DNA of 63,877 bases, filler included, from Octopus bimaculoides (GCF_001194135.2; 9 parts of 8 records of this genome joined end to end with filler, not necessarily neighbours in it); one strand, 5' to 3'. Shown: positions 38,418-49,057, numbered from the whole stretch's first letter. Notes: generated by a model from the letters alone, not told the origin. Program-made: numbers and translations.

Positions 38418-40443
38418 TTAAACTAAACTTATCTCTAGCATTAACTATTATCCTGTCTATATAAGACCTGATAGACTCGTCGTTATTAGACCAAGTCCAC
38501 ATTGGAACGCTCGGATTATCAAGTCTATCGATCTGCCAGCCTAGAATCACTTCAGCAGATCGATGAGGCGTGAGTTACACTTCCTAACATTCGGGCCTAC
38601 GCTATCTAGGCGTACATCCAGAATAGCGTTAAAATCCTCTAGCAAAACTAGTGTTCTTGATGTCACAAGAAAGTTCTCTAGGCATTGATAGAACTCATCC
38701 CGTTTGCCTAGCGTGCTAGGCGCGTAGATGCCAACGAACCTGAAGGCTTTACTCTGTATGTCAGATCCAGAACGACCGACTTGCATTATGGGTCCACGAA
38801 AATCGTACGTGTCTGCAGGGCCAGGCTTTTCGGGACCTAAACTACAACACCTCTACTCCCCGCCTTCTGGCTAGGAGACATGATTTTCTCATAGCCATTC
38901 AGTAGAGTTGAGAAGGCCTGCAGCTTGTACAGCCTGGTCTCTGTAGCAACCATAATATCAATTATGTGTGACCTGAGGTCGTCGAGGAGGCAAGCCTGCT
39001 TCCTCTTCGAACTCAGGCCATGGACATTTAAACACGCAATGCATAGCGTAGCCATGTCAAACACAAAAAAGAAGGAAATTCGAGCTTATCTGCTCGTTTG
39101 TCTTTCGAGGTGGGGTTATTCTCAGTATTTCTGAGACAAGTTCCCCTCCCTCCTTTCTTTCACAAAAATGGTTCTACCGGCGGGTTAAATACCTTAGGCA
39201 GTTCTTTCAGTTCCGCTATTTTTGGGGGGTGTCTACTTTTGAGTTTGTTGTAACGGCCTCCTTGGCCGGAAGTGCCGCCTCTTTACATTTCCCCTTGGGT
39301 TCGTCTTTACTAGCAGAGGTGGTCGCCTGCTGTGTCACAGTCTCCGTGGCTGGGGGAACCGTCTCTTCGTTTTTCTCTTGCTCCTTCTCCTCCTCCGCCT
39401 CGGCTTCCTTGTCCTTTGTTTTTTGTTTTTGTTTACCTCAGGTGCCCTTTTTTCCACAATGAAAGAACCTGGGTCTTCTCCCCTCCACATGGCCTGCCAA
39501 TTTTGACTCCTCTGCGTGTATAGTTTCGGGTAGACCTTCCAAACCCAGACTTGTCGCTAGTGCCAGGATTTCCAGAGTTTGACCCCGCCAATTCTGTGGG
39601 GCGTCTCTGGAGATCTGAATAATATTTATCTTGTCCTCTCTCTTGTAGAGGTGTGTGGCAACGATCCATGCTACCTCCACCTCTGGCGGGGATGTTCTTA
39701 ATCCTTATCCGGGACGTTCTGCGTCCCACATATAGATGCAGTAGCATGACGTTGTCACATAGCAAGGTTCGAGTTGAGAATTCTCTTGTCTTCTCAATCG
39801 ATTCGAACCTTGCTTCGACGGTCGCGTACCTTGTGTCTCGGGCATCTTTCAACTGTGCTTTCCTCAACTGTGCTTTCCCGAGACATCTTTCAACTGTACT
39901 TTCCTCCAAATATTCCAGCCTTTTCTTTTCCACATCATGTTTTATTTATAATTGTCTTTTCCTTTGTCTTGTTTCTTATTTCACTCGGGGGTGTTATCTT
40001 ACTTTCCCCGTTTTCCTCGGTGATCATAACATAGTATGCCTATATATCTTCCATCTTCAAAGTAATTGTTTCAAGTCCACTAACAGCGGCGGGAAAATTC
40101 ATTGTTTTCTTTTTTTTTTTTGTTCTTCTACAGAAGACATTGTTTTTAATATTTATTAAAAACATATTCAAAAATTCCACAATTTTTGTCCCGAAAAGGA
40201 ACGCGATTCAAAATTAGCCGCAAGCGGTAAACACAAATTATATATCCTTCCCCATTGGGGGAGATAACAGTTCACAATATTACCGCAGACAATTATTTAA
40301 CAACGTTTCCCTTACGAGAAACCATCAAGCACAATGTAATAATTCCTGCAAGGAGGCAACAATTATAACATCTAACCTTCGAGGTAAACACAAGCAGATA
40401 TATCACATAAGAATGTGAGCGAACGACGGTCTGGAAACAACAG

Positions 40444-42471
40444 ATTTCTTTATTTACCTATAAAGGTATACATAGAGGGGACGCTACAAGAGACGAACGC
40501 TTACATTCTTATAAATGGTTTGGGTTGCAATGAAATGAAAACAATCGAAAAAATTGGATAAAAGGATGAGATAAAATTATATATAATTAAGAAATTATAA
40601 AATAATGTTCCGGGTTATTTTTTATGATTAACCCGCCAGTTTTTTCTTCTCCTTTGTTTTTTTTTCTTTTTTTTTCCTTCTTTTCGCCTTCACCGGCTAT
40701 GTTAGCTCGGCCCCATTCATCCTTACTATATTCATTCTTCATTCTTCCTTACTACAGACATTCATCTTTTTCCGGACGTACTTTGCGACAGGAACCTTTT
40801 TTCCAGACAGATCTTTCTCAACAGGTGGAAGTTGAAATAACTTACCAACCTATGTCCGGAGATCAAGTGACCTGTCCCAATCCCTTTCGCTCGTGTCGTC
40901 CATACCGTTTCTTTCAGTATGGCTACTAAGCAGAAAAAAGATGCCTTCTTTTTCTTGTTGAAGGAAGAAGGCGGTACGATCTTAATCATGGGCTCAGTCG
41001 AGAGCCGTACTCTCTCTGCATCCGACATCAGTTGTTTGACATAGGTTATCAACTCCTCACAGTGTACGAAGGCGTGCGCGACAGTTTCGCTGATGCGCCC
41101 GCACCTCGGGCATGTGGGGGAGGTGTTAAAGCCGGTCTAGACAACCTCTCTCGAACCGGTAAGGCCGATAGGTAGCACAACCAAGCCAAGTATTTCTGGA
41201 AGTTATCCAGATACCTCGGCCCGAATGACTTTCCGAATAGGCTGGTCAGTTGCTCCTTATCGAAGCCCAGTATTTCTGAGACAAGTTCCCCTCTCTCCTT
41301 TCTTTCATACAAAAATGGTTCTACCTTAAGCAGTTCTTTCAGTTCTGCTATCTCTTTTGGGTGTCTGTTTTTGAGTTCGTTGTATAGTTTTCGGGAGATT
41401 TTTCCCAATGTTACTGGGCTCATCTCATTGTCATTGACATATAGGGACGTTTTGTGATGAGGTCCAATGACCCCATCCAGGTATTTATTACTGTTTTTGT
41501 ATGCGATTGTCTTTCAGAAATATCGATTGGGGTCATCTTTACTAGTAGAGGCGGTTGCTCGATGTGTAACGGCCTCCTTGGCCGGAAGTGCCGCTTCTTT
41601 ACTTTTCCCCTTGGGTTCGTCTTTACTAGTAGAAGCGGTCACCCGCTGTGTCACAGTCTCCGTGGCTGAGGTGGGGGGGGGACCGTCTCTTCATTTTTCT
41701 CTTTCTCCTCTGCTTCCTTGTCCTTTTTTGTGGGGCATTTTGACCTCAGGTGCCCTTTTTTCCACATTGAAAGCTCCTGGGTTTTCTCCTCTCCACATGG
41801 TCTGCCAATATTGACTCCTCTACGTGTATCGTTTCGGGGAAAACCTTCCAAATCCAGACTCGTCGCGTGTGCCAGGCTTTCCAGAGTTTGACCACACCAA
41901 TTCTGTGGGGCGTCTCTGGAGATTCGAATATTTATTTTGTCCTCTCTCTTGTAGAGAAGTGTGGAAACGATCCGTGCTACCTCCACCTCTGGCGGGGATG
42001 TTCTTAATCCTTATCCGGGACGTTCTGCGTCCCAGATATAGAGGCAATAGCATGACGTTGTCACATAGCAAGGTTCCAGTTGAGAATTCTCTTATCTTCC
42101 ATCCTCAAAGTAACTGTTTCAAGTCCACCAACAGCGGCGGCAAAATTCATTGTTTTCTTTTTTTGTTCTTCTACAGAAGACATTGTTTTTGATATCTTTT
42201 TTAAATATTCAAAAATTCCACAATTTTTATTCCGGAATGGAACGCGGTTCAAAATCAACCGCAAACGGTCAACACAATTTATATATCCTTCCTCCTTGGG
42301 GGAGGATAACAGTTCACAATATTAATGCAGACAATTATTTAACAATGTTTCCCTCACGGGAAACCAACAAACACAATGTAATAATTCTTGCAAGCAGGCA
42401 ACAATTATAACATCTAACCTTCGTGGTAAACACAAGCAAATATATCACGTAAGAATGTGAGCGAACGATGG
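40444..42471 (-). mobile_element. L1/Tx1-like LINE derivative B: ORF1 fused to the ORF2 C-terminal zinc finger; EN and RT deleted
   Basis: 5' UTR, ORF1 and 3' UTR closely similar to element A; after ...GELVSEIL (junction ~41268) it continues LAWLCYLSALPVRERLSR...CPRCGRISETVAHAFVHC (zf-RVT-like CCHC). Confidence 0.88.
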
Positions 42472-42486
42472 TCTGAAACCAGCAGT

Positions 42487-44295
42487 ATTTCTTTATTTAA
42501 GCACTCAGGCTCTGACACAGAGGGGACAGCATAAGGACAGACAGGACACAACGGTGGGGACAAAGAATATAAAAACGAATGAAAATGAAAAAAATGTATA
42601 ATGAAATCGATGATAATGAAATGGTTGCATTGAATCCCACTCCTCAAGCAGTACCATTTTACTGTTAATTTATACAAGTTATGGAAGTTTTCTTTTTCTT
42701 TTTACATCTTTTTCCGTTTTTTTAAAGTCTATTTCCACTTTTTTGCCTTTTCTTTTTCTCCTTTGTTAATAAGTCTATTTCTTTTTTCCTTCTTTTAAAG
42801 TACTCCTTTATTATCATTCATTAGAGGTATTAACTCCTCGTTTGTAACTACTTTTGGTAGTTCTTCAAATTCAATTTCCTCCCCCAAAGGGTTCAGTTCA
42901 TCTACAAATAGTTCTTTCAACTGTTTATACCTTTCATTGTCAATCACCACTCCCTTTATGTGTTGCGGGTAACGTTCAGCTAGTAATTTAATCCTTATGG
43001 CACCTTTGAATTTCGTTATTTTCCGCTCTATGGCGGTATTTTCATGTATGTTACTATATGCCACTTTTTCTTATTAGTATTTACATGTTTACGCTCCAGA
43101 CCTTGACTGTCCGAGCTATTCGTTTTCCTTGGTTCCTCCGTCTGTACACACCCATAATCGTCCATGATTATATCTTCCACTCTATATTGCAATACTTCTG
43201 CTGGTATATCTGACCAGTTCCTCAGTACCTCCTCCATTTTTTCCTCTACTTCCTTCTTTCGTTTTTGGTTCTCTGTCGGAGAGCTCACCCGCTTTTTTAA
43301 CATTAAACGTCTCCTCTTTATTTTCGACCCCTCTTCTTCGGCGGGCTGCTCTTCGCGTTGTTGTTCTTCTACTTCACTTTCTTGCTGAGGGCACTTTGCT
43401 TTCATATGTCCTTTTTGTTTACATAGAAAACATGTTGGAGGTCTTCCATCCACCACCACTCTTAGCGTAATGTGTTCTGGTAGAAGAATCTCTTCTACAA
43501 TTCCATGTAAGTTTTTTAACCCAACTTGAATTACTATTTCTAGGCCCCAACAATTAATTTCCTTCGTTCTGGTTATCTTCAGAATCCTTGCTTTTTCCTC
43601 CATTCCGTGCATGACTACTGCCGCCAGCCATGCCTCTTCGATTTCGGGGGGCACTCTGGCAACACGTTTGCCACAGTACATCGGCAGCAGCACCCACTCT
43701 TGTGTCCTTATTGGTTCAGTGGAGTGGTTAATAGCGTTCTCCTCACTGGTGAACCTAACCTCCACTGTGTCGTATTTTTTTCCACGTGTATAGTAGGTGG
43801 TTATCCTCTCACTTCACCTAAACATTTCTCTATTGCTTCTAGTGGAGCAATCTCTATTTTCTTGGTAGCGGTTGATAACGTCCTGTACACAACCGTCTTC
43901 CTTGCTACATTCTTCGTCACTTCTTCTGCTGGGGTCAGCTTTAAACCGGCCCTTTCCTTTTGTAAAATTTGTTTCCTTTTTTCCATTCCTTTGTCTCTAT
44001 TTTTATCTCGCGAACTTCAAGGGTGTTGGTCGTAATATCTTGTGTGGTTGCGGATGCATAACTTGCGACACGTTCCATTTCTCCTCTTTTCACCCATAAT
44101 GGGGAAGAAATAGTTTTCACAAACAGGCAGAACGCAGCAACAAAAATTCAACAATTCAACAATTTAAACAATTCAACGAATCTTGGTTCTCCTGCACGGG
44201 GAGACCTACAACAAACATATAATAACAGTGTGTAACAATAACTGTGTGTAACAATTCGAACTCACATCAAAGAAACTACTACCAACACCCTTCCG
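42487..44295 (-). mobile_element. ORF1-only L1/Tx1-like element C (HAL1-like)
   Basis: ORF1 from ~44078 (MERVASYASAT) to 42795 with about 3 frameshifts; intact CCHC knuckle CFLCKQKGHMKAKC; homologous to ORF1 of A and B (EKCL..DTVEVRF..PPEIEEAW); no ORF2; ends aataaagaaat. Confidence 0.85.
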
Positions 44296-44332
44296 TCTGG
44301 AACCAACAGACCTTGAGACTAGAAAGAGGTGA

Positions 44333-44341
44333 GCTTTTATA
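44333..44341 (-). promoter_or_regulatory. TATA box candidate (tataaaagc)
   Basis: Consensus TATAAAA, 32 nt upstream of the junction motif; an 11-bp inverted repeat atattggcgca/tgcgccaatat lies ~50-90 nt further upstream. Confidence 0.4.
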
Positions 44342-44773
44342 GCTGACGGTAGGCTCAATGATATATTTGGAGGCTGTGATTGACTGGGTTGCATATTGGC
44401 GCACAATAGGGTAAGAGACAAATTGCGCCAATATCAATCAATCAGAGTGGTAGACACAACGATGTCCAAAACAGCGCCCAGAGGTTAGCTGTTACCTGCT
44501 ACGTTCGTAAGTATTTGAATATAATGGAGAGTGGAAGTTCACTAGAATTCGCTATACTGTCATTCTTTTCGTCTGGTATGACGACTGTTGAAACGAAGCA
44601 ATGGCTGTTGAAAAGAAGGCAATATTTCTTTAGCTCGGGCCACCAAATGTATGTGATGAACGTATGTGACGACATAATAGAACATGCAGTATCAGAATGG
44701 CAGTATTTCTTTTCAGCATCAGAGTCAGTAAAATGCAGCGACACGTAGCATCAGAAGACAGCGATTCTTTTTA

Positions 44774-44786
44774 GACGGGGTCACCA
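44774..44786 (-). other. Primer binding site, tRNA-Trp type
   Basis: tggtgaccccgtc begins 2 nt after the LTR end (...ttaca-at); complementary to the tRNA-Trp 3' end (…GUCGGGGUCACCA) apart from the last two positions. Confidence 0.8.
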
Positions 44787-44788
44787 AT

Positions 44789-45174
44789 TGTAACGATTGC
44801 TGTTATGGTAATTGTAACGATATAACTATTCGTTATGGTCGAGGGTCACCAATTGTAACGGTATGTTAAGTGGAGTCAGTTGCTCTCACAAACTAACTTT
44901 TCCCTGAAGGCTGCTAAAATTTATAAGAATGTAAGAAACAACCAAAACAATGGATATTTTGTGGGGTCCATTGTAATTTCAATTCACTTCTCTACTGCAG
45001 ACAAGAGGTTAGGAGGATCAAGTGAAAAAGACATAAATCGGCTTAGAGAAGCCATTTGGTAAATGTAGCTGCTGTCACTGTTGTCTTCTCTGTGAGAAAA
45101 GTGCTGTTGAAATGTTAAAGGAAATTGGCAGATTCAGGTTCGAATCTACTCTATGCCCAAATGAAGTCACTACA
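44789..45174 (-). mobile_element. 5' LTR, internally shorter than the 3' LTR
   Basis: tgtaac...gaagtcactaca; matches 35633-35955. Confidence 0.8.
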
Positions 45175-45196
45175 TATATGTATGTATGTATGTATG

Positions 45197-45235
<39 letters not shown>

Positions 45236-45237
<2 letters not shown>

Positions 45238-45430
45238 GAGAATTTACGTAAAAATAACAGACGAAGACAGGTGGTGTAAACGACAAATGGATGTATTAGT
45301 ATAACACTCGGCAATAAAGAAAGTCTTTAACGTTTCGAGCCTACGCTCTTCAACAGAAAGAAACACAGAAAGAAACAGGGAGAGAAAAAAGTATATAAGT
45401 GTAGTGGTAAGCGATCTATCATGAGGAATA
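45236..45430. mobile_element. Penelope-type terminal repeat fragment
   Basis: Carries the minimal hammerhead motif at 45324-45361 and is inserted in the TA tract; family assignment inferred from the hammerhead. Confidence 0.55.
45324..45361 (-). ncRNA. Minimal type-I hammerhead ribozyme motif (A6>U variant)
   Basis: tcttt CTGTTGA a gagc-gtag-gctc GAAA cg T T aaaga: stem I tcttt/aaaga, stem II gagc/gctc, palindromic stem III aacgtt. Confidence 0.6.
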
Positions 45431-45469
45431 TTATATGTGTGTGTGTGTGTGTGTGTGTGTATTGTATGT

Positions 45470-45620
45470 ATACGTTTGTGTGTCGGTGATTCTCACCCTA
45501 GTATCACTTGACAACTGATGCTGGTGTGTTTACGTCCCCGAAACTTAGCGGTTCGGCAAAGAAGACCGATAGAATAAGTATTAGGCTTACAAAGAATAAA
45601 TCCTGGGGTCGATTTGCTCG
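45470..45620 (+). mobile_element. SINE family A 3' half
   Basis: cacttgacaactgatgctggtgtgtttacgtcccc...gaccgatagaataagta...ggggtcgatttgctcgact. Confidence 0.85.
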
Positions 45621-45836
45621 ACTACTAAGACGGAGCAAGTGTCTTCTACTATAGCCTCGGGCCGACCAAAGCCTTGTGAGTGGATTTGGTAGACGGAAAC
45701 TGAACGAAGCCCGTCGTATATATATATATATATATANNNNNNNNNNNNNNNNNNNNNNNNNNNNNNNNNNNNNNNNNNNNTTAATTAATTAANNNNNNNN
45801 NNNNNNNNNNNNNNNNNNNNNNNNNNNNNNNNNNNN

Positions 45837-46093
45837 GGTTATTTTATAATAGTTTTCCAGCTGTATAAGACCCCTGCCACCTTCTGTGGGTTGTATATAT
45901 AGCCTTTCTATGTCAGATTTTGGGTGGTGCATCCTATATCCTGTCATTATTTTTCTTGTTTTCCTGTCTATTTTAGATAGTTTGTTTAGTGTCCAGTTAA
46001 GGATGTTGTAGCTGTAGCTTATAACTGGGACAGCTAAAGTGTTGATACCCATTATCTTGTTTTTAGCATTGAGCTCTGTTTTTAGTATTGATC

Positions 46094-46095
<2 letters not shown>
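45837..46095 (-). mobile_element. R4/Dong-clade non-LTR retrotransposon fragment (post-RT region)
   Basis: ILKTELNAKNKIMGINTLAVPVISYSY...W...DRKTRKIMT...MHHPKSDIERLYI...EGGRGL; its truncated 5' end abuts (TAA)n at 46096-46180. Confidence 0.75.
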
Positions 46096-46148
<53 letters not shown>

Positions 46149-47958
46149 GTTATTATTATTATCATTATTATTATTATTCAACATAAGTTATATTCCAGTA
46201 TGCTGAAACAAAGCACTCCAAGAAGTAGACTAGAACATCCTATGAATGCAGATACTCCGATAATTGTGTAAAACAAGATTTGGTCTTGATCATGAGAGCA
46301 GTATCATTTTGGCCAATATGTAATATTGTTTAGTGCTATAATTGTATATAACTCTGTAAATGTTCGTGTATTGTGACATACATTTTAGAATAAGAACAAT
46401 TACTCCTCTGCTTCAGCGGTGCCATTTCTGTGAGAGTCAAAACAAATATTTGCATTGAGGTCACTGAATAAGATAACTTGAGAAAGGTATGGTTGATGAA
46501 ATTTGTTTCAGTGTGTTACTAATTCCTGTTCTATCGGCTTTGACGACACAACTGTTGGGGAAAGCAGGGGCTTTTAGTATTCGAAAAGTAAAGACGTGGT
46601 TTAATGTCCATTGTCCTGTACATCTCAGTGTCTGCTAGCTTACGCTATTGAATGAAAAGTAATCATTACCTTATAAACGGGTCATATTATAGTATTAAAT
46701 TGTACAATTAGTTCATAAACAAAAACACTAATTCCGTGTTATCCAACTCGTGCACAGATTTACTGTTTCATGTACTTCTATAATTAAATAAGCTCTATTT
46801 TCAATTATCCAACACAAAATAGCTTTCCTGAAAATATCGAATTTTCTGTCGCCGTTTGTTCAACACATCCCATTCATAAATAAAATGGGCCACAGGTCTC
46901 TGTGTACTTTTAATTACTAGTATTGGCAAATCGTTACTGCTTCGGCCAAAACGCCTGTCCTGGTGTTTTATTCTCTGTGTTGTAATAACACTGAATATGT
47001 TATTGCCTTTTTGGGGGTCGTTAAATAGGCTGTCGGAATTAGTTCTGGCAAATTACATTCTAACATCAAGTACCACCGAAGTCAAAATTGCCTTAGTAAA
47101 AAAACAGTTAATTTCTTGGGTCGATACAATCGAATTTTCTTTATCGAAAGCTTCTCGTCTTGTTTCACTGTTCGAGATCATTATTGATATTTTTGTTAAT
47201 AATATGAATTATGGATTGAAATAATTCAATCGCATTGCAGCTTGGAGTTACGTTCATTTACGTCACTTCAAATTTCTACAAATTTCGACATTTTCCAGCA
47301 ATTTTCTGGATCAAGTAGTGGAGTAAATACTAGAACCAAGTCAATCGATTCTACGATCTTCGTAATTCTTTAATTGAAGTAAAACTTCAGGTTTCTAGTG
47401 TTCCAGATATCACAAATGCATGATTCTCACAGAAATTAGAGTTATTAGATTGTACATTGTTCAATTTTTACTTTGGTTTTCAGACAATAAGATGAACCTT
47501 GAGGGAGATTTAGGTGCTATATCTGACGGGAGATTGAACCTTGTTGGCTCATTTCTGTTCGTGCTGCTGTTATAAATTTTTAATTTGCTTGTTAATATTG
47601 TTCTTGTTCCTTCATTCAGTATGAAAGAGATACTTAAGTACATATAAGGTGATATATGCATACACACACAAACGTGCTCATGAACATACAAACTTAAACA
47701 CACAGATACACGTCTGCCCACACACCGTTTACTGAATGAGAATCACGTTCAGGATATACTCACATCGCATTGGTAAATATAACCTGATGAATAAAATAAG
47801 GAAACAAACCAAAACAACACAAAAGCTTCCAAATCTAATCTATATACAGGAGTGTTTGCAGACACTCATGTATACACACAATCACAAATACACACGACCA
47901 ACATATAGAGATAACAACACACGTACATATGAATCTCATCTGCGTATGTGGATATATA

Positions 47959-48003
<45 letters not shown>

Positions 48004-48542
48004 GCATACATACATAGATATACGCATAAATATATGTACACATGCTCATTTCAATATACACCCATTATGCATGCAGAATACGCACATACGCATCACGCAG
48101 AGGAACAAATCCATACAGACATACAAGCGTAATCTACGAATAAACGGATACACTGTTAAGTCTGTTATTGATCGTTTCATTTCCTTGTCTTATAACTACT
48201 TTGTGCTGGTTAAAGAGAATCCGAGATCAAACTCACTATATAACCATCGCTGCTTCCATTTACCACTTCCTCTAAACTTTACATAGTCTACCACTTTCAT
48301 ATAAGAAACATCCATCTCAGATTTCGCTTTGAGCTCATGACTAACTTCCTCTTCTTCTCTTGTTCCTGCATTTTATGAATTAATTCTGCTGTGTATGTAT
48401 GTATGTATGTACGTATGTACGTACGTATGCATGTATTTATGTATGTATGTATGTATGTTTGTGTGTACACACACATGTGCACATATGTTGAATGTGGGTA
48501 CATATAATCGTATACATGGATAAAAACGTATATATACGACGT

Positions 48543-48582
<40 letters not shown>

Positions 48583-48734
48583 GTATGCATGTATATATAT
48601 ATACACACACACACATATATATATGTATATATANNNNNNNNNNNNNNNNNNNNNNNNNNNNNNNNNNNNNNNNNNNNTTAATTAATTAANNNNNNNNNNN
48701 NNNNNNNNNNNNNNNNNNNNNNNNNNNNNNNNNG

Positions 48735-49057
48735 TATGTATGTGTGTTTGTGTGTCTGTGTTTGTCCCCCCACCATCGCTTGACAACCGATGCTGGTGTG
48801 TTTACGTCCCCGTAACTTAGCGGTTTGGCAAAAAGAGACCGATAGAATAAGTACTAGGCTTCCAAAGAATAAGTCCTGGGGTCGATTTGATCGACTAATG
48901 ATGGGCGTCTTTCAGTTTCCATCTACCAAATCCACTCACAAGGCTTTGGTCGGCCCAAGGCTATAGTAGAAGACACTTGCCGAAGGTGCCACACAGTGGG
49001 ACTGAACCCCGAACCATATGGTTGGTAAGCAAGCTACTTACCACACAGCCATTCCTG
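48735..49057. mobile_element. Two SINE family A halves in opposite orientation (+ tail 48735-48897, - head 48903-49057)
   Basis: Direct match to other family A copies. Confidence 0.85.

Larger units (their letters stand above)
37590..39055 (-). pseudogene. L1/Tx1 ORF2 apurinic-type endonuclease domain, interrupted by a piggyBac MITE
   Basis: Removing 37734-38417 plus one TTAA restores ...SYIDRIIVNARDKFSLSCPQFIYVPYTDYKLV... in frame. Confidence 0.9.
37392..40429 (-). mobile_element. L1/Tx1-like LINE derivative A: ORF1 + AP endonuclease, RT deleted
   Basis: ORF1 from ATG 40140 with a degenerate knuckle (FFHCGKKG); ORF2 EN from 39055: CLNVHGL, ATET, GIYAP, EDFN, SYIDRI, TDY, GYWKLNKSLL; jumps at ~37590 into a 3' UTR ending aataaagaaat. 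Confidence 0.9.
34999..45174 (-). mobile_element. Degenerate or non-autonomous Ty3/gypsy LTR retrotransposon, probably CsRn1/Kabuki-like, carrying nested insertions
   Basis: TG...CA direct repeats, PBS tggtgaccccgtc 2 nt inside the 5' LTR, flanks taca/tata in a TA microsatellite; own internal sequence is only ~1.9 kb with no intact pol. Confidence 0.75.

Noticed and set aside
37011-44473. A separate solo LTR (TGTT...AACA) containing the TATA, target site and AATAAA
   Set aside because: The candidate ends have no matching TSD (atgaag vs gcgccc), so it is kept only as one possible explanation of the promoter-like unit.
44499-44744. YIWWPELKKY as an integrase H2C2 remnant
   Set aside because: The similarity is weak and the position, about 40 bp after the PBS, is wrong for integrase.
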